Positions 26,578-34,963 of a DNA stretch of 44,426 nucleotides are shown here, in pieces. The stretch lies in IMG/VR virus record IMGVR_UViG_3300019458_000013, positions 1-44,426 of that record. One strand, 5' to 3'. The translations under genes and the position numbers were made by a program. This stretch comes from a virus. The notes beneath the pieces were generated by a model that had not been told where the DNA came from, ran no database searches, and was given only the letters and a program-made list of their open reading frames with translations. Positions within the stretch are counted from its first letter, which is position 1. Every line of letters starts with the position of its first letter.

Positions 26578-27107
26578 TGCCGGTCCTGTTGCCCCTGCTC
26601 GCGGTTGCTGGTCCTGCGATCCTCGGCGCGGTTGCTACGGCGGCCCCGGCGGTTGCGTCGGGCCTTGGCGCGGCCGGCAGCGGTCTCCTGAGCGGTCTCG
26701 GTGCTGCCGGCAGTGCCATCGGCAGCGGCCTTGGCGCGGCCGGCAGCGCACTCGCCAGCGGCGCGCAGGCCATCCCCGGGCTACTCGGAATGGGAGGCGG
26801 TGGAGCCGAAGCGGCCCTGGCCGGCGCCGCCCCGATGGGACCGGGGTTCGCTGGCGCCGCCGAAGCCGCCATGCCGTTTGCCACCCAGGCGGCACCCAGT
26901 CTGGCCTCGCAGCTGCTCAGCGGAGCGAACCAGATCGGTCAGATCACGGGGACGGCACAGAACGCGCTCAACCTCGCCCGATCGGTCGCCGACAAGGGGC
27001 CGGAAGTACCCATGCCGCAGGTACCGATGCTTCCGCCGCTGACACCGCAGATGCCGCCCATCAGTCCCGAGCTGCTCGCGTTCATGCGCGCGTTCAACGT
27101 GCAGTGA
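26577..27107 (+). CDS. Gly/Ala-rich protein with SGLGAAGS repeats
   Basis: TGATG overlap. An exact 22-bp direct repeat at 26661-26682 and 26727-26748. Confidence 0.55.
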   Translation: MPVLLPLLAVAGPAILGAVATAAPAVASGLGAAGSGLLSGLGAAGSAIGSGLGAAGSALASGAQAIPGLLGMGGGGAEAALAGAAPMGPGFAGAAEAAMPFATQAAPSLASQLLSGANQIGQITGTAQNALNLARSVADKGPEVPMPQVPMLPPLTPQMPPISPELLAFMRAFNVQ

Positions 27108-27128
27108 GACAGAAAGGGGGGTCTCCAC

Positions 27129-27323
27129 ATGCCGATCGCTGCCTTGATTCCACTGATCGCCGGGGTCATTGCTGGCGGTGCCAGCGGTGGGGGCAAGGGT
27201 GGCAGTGGCGGCGCTACACCTCCGGCCGCGGGCGGCGCTCCATCCATGATCCCAGCGCCGCTGCAAGGAATCATGCCGGAGCCGCTGGCGATGGCGCAGC
27301 GCGTCGCATCCGTATTCGGGTAA
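27129..27323 (+). CDS. small Gly-rich membrane-anchored protein (64 aa)
   Basis: G-rich RBS. Hydrophobic start IAALIPLIAGVIAGG. Confidence 0.4.
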   Translation: MPIAALIPLIAGVIAGGASGGGKGGSGGATPPAAGGAPSMIPAPLQGIMPEPLAMAQRVASVFG

Positions 27324-27326
27324 TCC

Positions 27327-27926
27327 GTGCCGAGTCAGAAGCCACCAACCGCACCGAGGGGGACGCCGGGACGCCTCGCGACGCCGCCGAACCTCGGCGG
27401 CTCGGGGCCGAATGCCGGACCGCCTCAGGTGCCCGGGGCACCAGCAACGAGCCAACTGCTCGGGAGCCAGTTCGGCAACTCGCCGCTGTGGAATCCTTCG
27501 GCGATCACCTTCGATCCGATCCAGACGGCGCAGACGCGCGCCCAGAATCTCTTGGATCAGAACCTCGCCCAGATGCGCGCAGGCTTCGGCGCATCAGGAC
27601 TCGGGAATTCCTCCCGCTCGGCGCTGGCGCAAGGCGCAGCCGTCGGACAGGCGGGTGCGGAACTCGGCGACATCTTGGCCGGTCGCGGTCTCCAGCAGCG
27701 AGCCAGCGATCAGCAGGCGTTCATCAACGCCCTGCTGGGCGCGGGACAGCAGAATCTCGCCGAGCGGCAGCAGGGACTCCAGGGGTTGGAATTCCTCGCC
27801 GGACTCGGCCGGGACATCGGCAACGTCGGACAGGCGGAGCAGCGCCTCCCGGGTCTGGAGGGGATTATGGCGTTCCTCGGCCTGAACCAGCTCGCGGGAT
27901 CCTCCGGCTTCCAGACGGCTCCATGA
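27327..27926 (+). CDS. hypothetical internal protein (199 aa)
   Basis: GTG start 4 nt after the previous stop. Gln/Gly/Leu-rich. Confidence 0.5.
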   Translation: MPSQKPPTAPRGTPGRLATPPNLGGSGPNAGPPQVPGAPATSQLLGSQFGNSPLWNPSAITFDPIQTAQTRAQNLLDQNLAQMRAGFGASGLGNSSRSALAQGAAVGQAGAELGDILAGRGLQQRASDQQAFINALLGAGQQNLAERQQGLQGLEFLAGLGRDIGNVGQAEQRLPGLEGIMAFLGLNQLAGSSGFQTAP

Positions 27927-27930
27927 AGCC

Positions 27931-29298
27931 ATGGGGGAGAATCTCGGACAGAGCTTGCAGCTCGCACAGATCGGGGCACAGGCCCTCGCCTTGCCTTTCT
28001 CCGTCCAGCAGCAGCAGGCGGGCGTGCAGAGCGACCGCGAAGTCCTCCGGCAGCTCGGCATTCCCGAAGCGCAGTTGGAGCAGGTAGCGCCGAACGCCCC
28101 GCTGAGTGGTTTCCTCGGCCGCGATCCCATCACCCGCACGATCGGCACCACGGGGGCGGTACTCTCTGGACTGCTCGGCGCACCCATCCCGGCCCCACGA
28201 CCGAACCTCGGCGCGTTGATCTCTGCCCGACAGCTCGAGCATCTCCGCACGCAACGAGAAGGTCTCGAGGAGGCGGCAAAGCTTGCCCTTCAGCCAGATC
28301 GTCGGGCCGATCAGCTCGCGGCGGCTCTCTTCCGGGCTGGACGCCCCGAGAGTGCACTGAAGGTGCTCGGCGTGGGCGCCGCCAGCGGCTCCCCTTCCAT
28401 GAGCAAGGCGTTCGCGGCCGAGGTGGAGCAGGTGACCGGCCGGGTCTTCGACATTCAGAACCCCGAGGATAACGCGCTCTTTCAGGCGCGGCAGCGGGAA
28501 TGGCTTCAGGAGCAGGCAGCGGCGCGGGGACTCGGAGGACTGACGGCCGAGGCCAGTCCCATCGCCGATGCGGTTGCGCAGCTCGATGCGGAGCGAAAGG
28601 CGCGCGAGCGTATCCGGCTCGGCGCTCCCGATGTCGTGGAGACCGAGGCGCGAGCCGGAGCCGCGAAAGCGGGCGCGACCGCGCTGGCGACGGACTTCGC
28701 CAAATTCCAGCCGGTCGTATCGAATGCCCGACGGACGCTCACCGTCATGCGTGGGGCGGTGAACCGCCAATTGACCGCCGAGACGTTTCGCGCACGGCAG
28801 GGAAAGCGTCTCGGCGTCTTCCTCGCGCAGCAGAGTCCGGCGGCAGCACGGATGCTCGCCACGCGCATGGGACTTCCGGAGCCCACCGCGCAGGATTTCG
28901 CCGACTGGAGATTGATCCAAGGTTTTTCGGCAACCCTCGGCCAGCTGGCTCGTACGATCGGCCGGGAGAGCGGCGGGCGATTGTCGGATCAGGACATCCT
29001 GCGGTTCCAGCCGTTCGTCTTCACCCTGGGGTCCGCCGGCAGCGATGCCGAAGGGACGCTGCAGGCGATCGATACCTTGCTCGAGGCGTCGGCCGATCCG
29101 CGCCAGACCGAAGCGGATCTCCAGGTGCTTCTCGAGACGCTGATCGGTGGTCTGGAAGCCGAGCGTGCGGCGCGCGCCGCCGGCGCTGGCGGGGAAGCGG
29201 AACGTGCGCCGGCCGCTCCAACCGGACAGGACGATCCGGCGGTTGATGATCTTCTGCGCTCCCTGCCCGCCGGAAGTCGGCTCCTGTCGGTGGACTGA
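27931..29298 (+). CDS. hypothetical internal/ejection protein (455 aa)
   Basis: Large helical ORF in the post-fibre block. Function inferred from position only. Confidence 0.55.
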   Translation: MGENLGQSLQLAQIGAQALALPFSVQQQQAGVQSDREVLRQLGIPEAQLEQVAPNAPLSGFLGRDPITRTIGTTGAVLSGLLGAPIPAPRPNLGALISARQLEHLRTQREGLEEAAKLALQPDRRADQLAAALFRAGRPESALKVLGVGAASGSPSMSKAFAAEVEQVTGRVFDIQNPEDNALFQARQREWLQEQAAARGLGGLTAEASPIADAVAQLDAERKARERIRLGAPDVVETEARAGAAKAGATALATDFAKFQPVVSNARRTLTVMRGAVNRQLTAETFRARQGKRLGVFLAQQSPAAARMLATRMGLPEPTAQDFADWRLIQGFSATLGQLARTIGRESGGRLSDQDILRFQPFVFTLGSAGSDAEGTLQAIDTLLEASADPRQTEADLQVLLETLIGGLEAERAARAAGAGGEAERAPAAPTGQDDPAVDDLLRSLPAGSRLLSVD

Positions 29299-31136
29299 TG
29301 CCACGACGTGCCACCATCCAGCTTCCCGATGGCCGGCGGGCGACGGTGGAGCTGCCGGACGTTCCGCAGGCCCAGGGACCGACCGGTGAGCCGGCGGCGC
29401 TCACCCCGCCGCTCCCGACGCAGCAATCACAATCCCCCCGCAGCCTGCTTCCCTTGCCTCCTGAGCCACAGGAGCCGAGCACCCCAGGGGTACGGCCGAG
29501 TCTGCCCAGCCGACGCACTGCTGAGGGCCTCGGCACGTTCGTCGGAGGCATGGTTCCGGGTCCATTGGGTATCCCAGCCGCCGGTCTCACGACCATGGGT
29601 GCTCGTGGCCTTCGGGATCTCGTTGCGGGGGAGCCGCTCGACATGCGCTCCATCGCGGCGGCCGGCGGCCGGGGTATGATCGAAGAAGCGACGGGCAGGA
29701 CCCTCATCGGCGCGGGCGCGAAGGTCGCTCGCGCGACGGGTCTCTCGCGTGTCCTCAGTGCTCAGCAGCAACATCTCCGGCAACTCTTCCGCTCTCGCGG
29801 TGTGCAGTTCACCGCTGGGGACATTACGATGAGCCCCACGATTCAGACGATCGAGAAGGTGCCGCAGTTCTTCGCGGTCGGTGGTGGGCGGCTGCGGAAG
29901 TTCCGTCGGGCACAGCTCGAAGGCTTCTCGGATGCCGTGCGCGGAGAGTTTGCCACCGACCTCGACAACGGCGCCCGGTGGTGGGGTCGCATCATCGGCG
30001 GGCGGGGTGCGAAGGCGGCGAAGCAGGCGCTCGACAAGGAGCAGCGGCGGCTTCAGGCCCAGCTCACGACGCTGGCTGGCGATTCGCCGGTGAACATCGG
30101 CAGTACCAAGGCGCTCGCACGGGAGCTCGTCGAATTTCGTGGGGGAACGCCCATCGGTCCCAGCAGGGCGGCCCGTCGCCTCGCCCGCGAGGGCGGCGTC
30201 GTGGACCTCGTGGACGACATCACCGACGAGCTGATCGCCGTGGACGAGATCCCGCTGTCCCGGGCGCTGGAGCTTCAGAGCCAGCTCGGCGAGCTGGGGT
30301 TCGGCAGCGGGAAGCTCGTCCGGACGCGCCGGGAGGGTGAGGCGGCCCGTCTCTGGATGGCACTCAAGGACGAGATCCGAGCGATGACCGACGGGCTGGC
30401 GACCAGCGACGTGAGCGACGCGATCAAGGCGGCGGCGCAGAACTGGTCGGGCGGGATGACGCTCATGGAGGACTCGCTGATCGAAGCGTTGGCGGGCCGA
30501 AGCATCTCCGACGCGGAGGACGTGTTCCGTCGCATCTTCCAGCCGGGCGATCTGGCACCGACGGCGCTCGTCTATCAGGTGGTCGATGCCCCGACGGGCC
30601 AAGCGCTCTCGAACGCCTGGATCAAGGACATGCTGGAGGAGATCACCGTCCGACCGGCGCAGCAACCGGCGTTCGTCTCGCCGGGCATGTTCGTCGATCG
30701 GCTCGAGCCGTTCATCCGCAGCGGACAGCTCGACCTCATGTTCCCGGGACCCGAAGGTGCGGTCCTCCGCGAGCTGGTAGAGATCGGGAAAGCGCTGGAG
30801 ACAGCCGAGGGTGTCGCCGGACGGATCACGCCGACGAGTCCGAACGTGCTCGCCGCCTCGCAGATGATGAATCTCTGGCGGACGGGGATCGGCGAGCTCA
30901 CCGCGACGCTGGCCGCGGCGGGAGCCGGCGCCGCGGCAGCCCACCGCGAAGGTGCGCCAGTGCTGCCGTCGGCTGCAGCGGCGGCCTTGGCCGTTCCGTT
31001 CGGCACCTCCCAGCTCGTGACACGGGGACCGGGAATCCGTATGCTGACGGAAGGGATGTCCGGCCGCATCGCGCGACCGCTCACGCGAGCGGCGACGATC
31101 GGCGCCGGACAGGTCATGGCGGGAGGGGAACGATGA
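29298..31136 (+). CDS. hypothetical internal/ejection protein (612 aa)
   Basis: TGATG overlap with the upstream stop. Largest protein of the block. Confidence 0.55.
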   Translation: MPRRATIQLPDGRRATVELPDVPQAQGPTGEPAALTPPLPTQQSQSPRSLLPLPPEPQEPSTPGVRPSLPSRRTAEGLGTFVGGMVPGPLGIPAAGLTTMGARGLRDLVAGEPLDMRSIAAAGGRGMIEEATGRTLIGAGAKVARATGLSRVLSAQQQHLRQLFRSRGVQFTAGDITMSPTIQTIEKVPQFFAVGGGRLRKFRRAQLEGFSDAVRGEFATDLDNGARWWGRIIGGRGAKAAKQALDKEQRRLQAQLTTLAGDSPVNIGSTKALARELVEFRGGTPIGPSRAARRLAREGGVVDLVDDITDELIAVDEIPLSRALELQSQLGELGFGSGKLVRTRREGEAARLWMALKDEIRAMTDGLATSDVSDAIKAAAQNWSGGMTLMEDSLIEALAGRSISDAEDVFRRIFQPGDLAPTALVYQVVDAPTGQALSNAWIKDMLEEITVRPAQQPAFVSPGMFVDRLEPFIRSGQLDLMFPGPEGAVLRELVEIGKALETAEGVAGRITPTSPNVLAASQMMNLWRTGIGELTATLAAAGAGAAAAHREGAPVLPSAAAAALAVPFGTSQLVTRGPGIRMLTEGMSGRIARPLTRAATIGAGQVMAGGER

Positions 31137-31438
31137 TCCGCTGGCTCTTCGCTGCGCTTCTCCTTGGGGGGATTCTCGGTCCGGCAAGCCACGCCATGGA
31201 CTGCCGAGGCCCCGAGGGTGTGTACCAGTGCTTCTCGCCCAGTTCGGATTGGGAGGGTGGCCCGATCTGTCGGCAGGCGGCAGACTGTTCGGGCACCACC
31301 GCGATCAACCGGTGCTGCGTAGACACCGACACGGGCCTACCCTGCTGGGGCAACGGGACGATCTGTGTGCCGATGGTGACGACCACCACCGTCACTACCA
31401 CCACCGTGGTACCAACGACGACCACCACGGTTCCATAG
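31133..31438 (+). CDS. secreted Cys-rich protein with a Thr/Val-rich tail
   Basis: ATGA overlap. Signal-like MIRWLFAALLLGGILGPASHA, 8 Cys, and C-terminal TTTVTTTTVVPTTTTTVP. Confidence 0.55.
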   Translation: MIRWLFAALLLGGILGPASHAMDCRGPEGVYQCFSPSSDWEGGPICRQAADCSGTTAINRCCVDTDTGLPCWGNGTICVPMVTTTTVTTTTVVPTTTTTVP

Positions 31439-31450
31439 GGGAGAACAAGC

Positions 31451-31786
31451 ATGGCAGCGCGTGGCGAACAGAGCGGTCTCCTGCATACGCACACGGCGAC
31501 TGGTGCCTCGACGGACCAAGTGGTTGCCGGTCCGATCGATGCGCTGTACTTCGAGATCATCATTTCGGGCGTGTCAACCATGATCCTGCAGCAGCAGGTC
31601 GCAGAAACCGATGTCTGGGTGACGGTGGCGCCACTCAACGTCGCCACCGGAGCGGTGGTGGCGAGCGTGAGCGGCACGGCGATTCTGCGGGTGGATACCC
31701 CTGCGGGTCGCTATCGATCCAACTGCACGGTCTTTACGAGCGGGACGGCTGCGGTGCATTGGGACAAGGGCGCGAACAAATCATAG
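31451..31786 (+). CDS. hypothetical beta-rich protein (111 aa)
   Basis: ORF with an ATG start. Confidence 0.5.
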   Translation: MAARGEQSGLLHTHTATGASTDQVVAGPIDALYFEIIISGVSTMILQQQVAETDVWVTVAPLNVATGAVVASVSGTAILRVDTPAGRYRSNCTVFTSGTAAVHWDKGANKS

Positions 31787-31790
31787 GAGG

Positions 31791-32030
31791 ATGCACGTGA
31801 TGGTGCGAATGCTCATCGGATTGCTGCTGATGTCCGCGTGCGGCTGTGGCGCCGCGCAACTCCGCTACACGGCCCCCATGCAATTGGACCTCTGCAACGC
31901 CGAGCGCAAGGAATGGGTTCTAGGTGGTGGCGCCGATGCCGAAGCGGCAGCGCGACTGGCCCAAGACCTGTTGCCGTTCAACGCGCTGGGCGTTCGTGCA
32001 AACCCGCCGACTCCGAATCCGTGCGAGTAG
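31791..32030 (+). CDS. small lipoprotein (o-spanin-like or exclusion lipoprotein candidate)
   Basis: LIGLLLMSAC lipobox-like signal. Pro-rich C-terminus ANPPTPNPCE. Confidence 0.55.
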   Translation: MHVMVRMLIGLLLMSACGCGAAQLRYTAPMQLDLCNAERKEWVLGGGADAEAAARLAQDLLPFNALGVRANPPTPNPCE

Positions 32031-32161
32031 GGTATCACCTTCAACACACGTAGCCGCGATAGGGAGGCTTCCGAATGGCGAGAAAGCTGGCGATGCCCCG
32101 GCGGCCGCATCTGTGGCTTACCCAGTTTCGACGTGTGGCTGCAGTGAGTGGGAAGTGATCG

Positions 32162-33376
32162 ATGAAACGCTGGATCTGTGCCTTCGTCGTCGTCCTGATG
32201 GCCTGCAACGGGAATGGCAATGGCGGTGGAAAACCGCCACCGCTCCCAACGACCACCACCGCGCCGGGCGATGCACCGGCACCGGGATTCGACTGCACCG
32301 CCCACGCGGACGCCCTGACGCGGCAGGCAGCGGGAGCGATTGTGCGCGTCGAGGAACCGACTGGCGAGTACATCGTCGTCCAGGCGCTCGGGACGCCGCT
32401 GCGCGCGCGTGGCGTCGGCGTGCGGGTGCTTCGATCTCTCTCTGGCTTCGTTGCCGAGATGACGGAAGCCGATGCACAGGCGGCGGCGCGGCAACCCGAC
32501 GTGCTGTTCGTGCAGGAAAACGGTGTCAAGCGTGTACCGCCGGGAGAGGAGAGTACCCTTCCCCAGGCCGTCGCGAGCTGGGGGCTTGATCGCAGCGACC
32601 AACGGGCACTGCCGCTCGATGGTCAGTACGCGGTCCTCGAGACCGGGGCGGGTGTGCATGCCTACGTGATCGATACCGGGATCGACTCCCGGCACGTGGC
32701 GTTCACGGGTCGCCTGGGCGCGGGGTTTGCGGCCCGAGGCGGCTCGTTCGAGGATGACCACGGCCATGGCACGCATGTGGCCGGGACCATCGGCGGCGAG
32801 GGCTTCGGGATCGCTCCCGAGGTCACGCTGCACAGCGTCAAGGTGCTGACGGGTGGATCGGGGACAGACGCCGACGTGATCGCTGGCATCGAATGGGTGA
32901 CGGAGCAGGCTCGGCAAACGCCCGGGGAGGACGTGGCGAACATGAGCCTTGGTGGCGGGGTCGCTCCGGCGCTCGATCTCGCACTCTGCCGCTCGATCGA
33001 GGCGGGGGTGCTCCATGCGGTTGCTGCTGGCAACGAGAACGATGATGCCTGCGGCGGCTCCCCGGCCCGCGTGTGGCAGGCCGTGACCGTCGGAGCGTCC
33101 ACGGAGATCGATGCGCGTGCCAGCTTCTCCAACACGGGCGCGTGTGTGAACCTCTTCGCCCCCGGGCAGGCCATCATCTCCGCCCGTCGAGGTGGGGGAG
33201 CGATCGGCATGTCCGGGACGAGCATGGCGAGCCCCCACGTGGCCGGTGGGCTCGCACTCTGCGCGGAGGGTGGCGCACCGGACATTCCGGGGTGCGTCCT
33301 CGCGCTCGCCACGCAGGGTGTCCTCTCAGGGATCGGGGCCGGCTCGCCGAACCGGCTCCTCTATGTGGGACGGTGA
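32162..33376 (+). CDS. subtilisin-like (S8, proteinase K-type) serine protease lipoprotein with an I9-like propeptide
   Basis: VVVLMAC lipobox. WGLDRSDQ, the catalytic triad motifs YVIDTGID, HGHGTHVAGTIGG and GTSMASPHVAG, and the oxyanion AAGNEN. Confidence 0.9.
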   Translation: MKRWICAFVVVLMACNGNGNGGGKPPPLPTTTTAPGDAPAPGFDCTAHADALTRQAAGAIVRVEEPTGEYIVVQALGTPLRARGVGVRVLRSLSGFVAEMTEADAQAAARQPDVLFVQENGVKRVPPGEESTLPQAVASWGLDRSDQRALPLDGQYAVLETGAGVHAYVIDTGIDSRHVAFTGRLGAGFAARGGSFEDDHGHGTHVAGTIGGEGFGIAPEVTLHSVKVLTGGSGTDADVIAGIEWVTEQARQTPGEDVANMSLGGGVAPALDLALCRSIEAGVLHAVAAGNENDDACGGSPARVWQAVTVGASTEIDARASFSNTGACVNLFAPGQAIISARRGGGAIGMSGTSMASPHVAGGLALCAEGGAPDIPGCVLALATQGVLSGIGAGSPNRLLYVGR

Positions 33377-33500
33377 ATCGGTGCCACGGCATCGCTGGAG
33401 GCAGCGACGTCGGCCGGAGGGGATTCGCGATCGGAAGCCCGCGCGGATCGGGCGATTGCGATGGTGGTTCTTGACGCGGTTCGTGACGGAGGTGCTGTCG

Positions 33501-33668
33501 ATGGAGTTGCTTGCTGGATACCGAACGTACCTGGTGGCCGCTGCCTATGCGGTCGTCACATTTGTCGAGGGCGTCGGTTGGATCGATGCCGGGACTGCTG
33601 ACAAGATTCGGGAAGTGCTGATTGGCCTCGGGGCGATGACCTTCCGCGCTGCCCTGAAGAGACCCTAA
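33501..33668 (+). CDS. small membrane protein, holin-like (55 aa)
   Basis: GGAGG lies 9 nt upstream. MELLAGYRTYLVAAAYAVVTFVEGVGWI...LIGLGAMTFRAAL. Below the track cutoff as a separate ORF. Confidence 0.5.
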   Translation: MELLAGYRTYLVAAAYAVVTFVEGVGWIDAGTADKIREVLIGLGAMTFRAALKRP

Positions 33669-33674
33669 CCCTCC

Positions 33675-33800
33675 GTGCTCAGCGACGCCCTGACCGCCGT
33701 CCTCTTCGAACTCCTCGGATGGTACGCCTGGGTCTGGCTCGTCGGGCTGTGGGCGATGCTTCGGGTGGCGGAGCATGTGGCACTGGCGCTGGCGCTCTGA
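33675..33800 (+). CDS. small single-TM protein (41 aa)
   Basis: GTG start. Third-position GC about 88 percent. Hydrophobic LFELLGWYAWVWLVGLWAML. Confidence 0.4.
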   Translation: MLSDALTAVLFELLGWYAWVWLVGLWAMLRVAEHVALALAL

Positions 33801-33872
33801 TCTCCGCCCCTCGACCTCGCCGGCTCGTCCACCACTCCCACCAGGAACGGACCCGCGCGCCAAGTCGGTGAG

Positions 33873-34052
33873 TCACGAGAACCTCCGCTCGTGCCGCGTA
33901 CAGTCGCGACACCGGCTCACCTTGGCGGTGAGCGCTTCCACCACGATCTCCTGCATCATCACTCCGTGCCTGATCGCGTAGATCCGGAGCGCCCGATACG
34001 TGGCCTTCGGGATCCGGACCGCGAGGTCTTGGATCGTTCTACTCGTCGCCAT
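33873..34052 (-). CDS. ribbon-helix-helix (CopG/Arc-like) DNA-binding protein (59 aa)
   Basis: GGAGG lies 4 nt upstream of the ATG. LAVRIPKATYRALRIYAIRHGVMMQEIVVEALTAKV fits a strand-helix-helix pattern. Third-position GC is about 86 percent, against about 52 percent for the overlapping integrase tail. Confidence 0.65.
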   Translation of the reverse strand: MATSRTIQDLAVRIPKATYRALRIYAIRHGVMMQEIVVEALTAKVSRCRDCTRHERRFS

Positions 34053-34963
34053 GGAGCCTCCTTGAGCTGACGAATCGTCTCGTGCTTCACGAGCATCCGG
34101 TCCATCGCATCCGCAGCGGTTTCGTCGTCCCGGCGGTCATAGCGCATCGTGGTGAGGAGCGAGCTATGTCCGGCGAGGCGGGCGACCGTGAACACGTCCG
34201 TGCCACGCTGTAACAGATAGGTGATGAAGCCCCGGCGAAAATCGTGTGGGGAGCACGAGGGGAGCCCGAGCTCCCGGCAGCGCTCTCGGAGCATCGCGCG
34301 GACTCGGTTCGGCTTGATGCCGAGCAGCCGCACGTTGGGATCATCCGGGAGATCGCCGAGACGGGCGGCGAACCATGGTCGCAGCCACTTCGCGATCGGG
34401 AGCAGCCGATAGCGCATGCCCTTGCCCCGTACCCGGAGCTTTCCGAAGCACACGTCGTGCCGCCGCAGCGTGCACGCCTCCGCCACACGGAGCCCCATGC
34501 CCCAGAGGATGGCGAGCAGGAAGCCGTTTCGGCGGCCGAGGGCGCTATCGTCGCGGGCAAGGTACTCCATGAGCTGCATGATCTCCGGCGTCGAAACTGC
34601 CCGACCTCCGAGCGGCAACTCCCCGCGGATCTTCGGGCACCCCGCCAGGTCCTCCTCGTTCATCTGGGACCACCCAAGCCGCCGGCAGATCCGGATGACC
34701 GCGCGGGTGGCGGCCAGGTGCCGGTTGACCGTCGCAATGGCCATGGTGCCCGGCAAGGTCTCCCGCAGGTAGTGCAGCTCCTCCATCGTGATCTTGTGCC
34801 ACGGGCCGGTTTCCCACGATCGGCCTGGGCCCCAGAGGCGCTCGGCGACCGTGGCGAGTGCCCTGGCCTGGACCCTTCGACTGGAGGGGCTCAGGCGAGA
34901 CAGGTAGCGCCGGACGGGATCAATCGGCGTAGCGTCTACGACTTGAGCACCAGCAGCCTGCAT
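33959..34963 (-). CDS. int: tyrosine recombinase / phage integrase
   Basis: LRVAEACTLRRHDV (Arg), SPHDFRRGF (HxxR) and LAGHSSLLTTMRYD (His, Tyr). The last 31 or so codons look non-coding and overlap the RHH gene. Confidence 0.9.
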   Translation of the reverse strand: MQAAGAQVVDATPIDPVRRYLSRLSPSSRRVQARALATVAERLWGPGRSWETGPWHKITMEELHYLRETLPGTMAIATVNRHLAATRAVIRICRRLGWSQMNEEDLAGCPKIRGELPLGGRAVSTPEIMQLMEYLARDDSALGRRNGFLLAILWGMGLRVAEACTLRRHDVCFGKLRVRGKGMRYRLLPIAKWLRPWFAARLGDLPDDPNVRLLGIKPNRVRAMLRERCRELGLPSCSPHDFRRGFITYLLQRGTDVFTVARLAGHSSLLTTMRYDRRDDETAADAMDRMLVKHETIRQLKEAPWRRVERSKTSRSGSRRPRIGRSGSTRSGTE

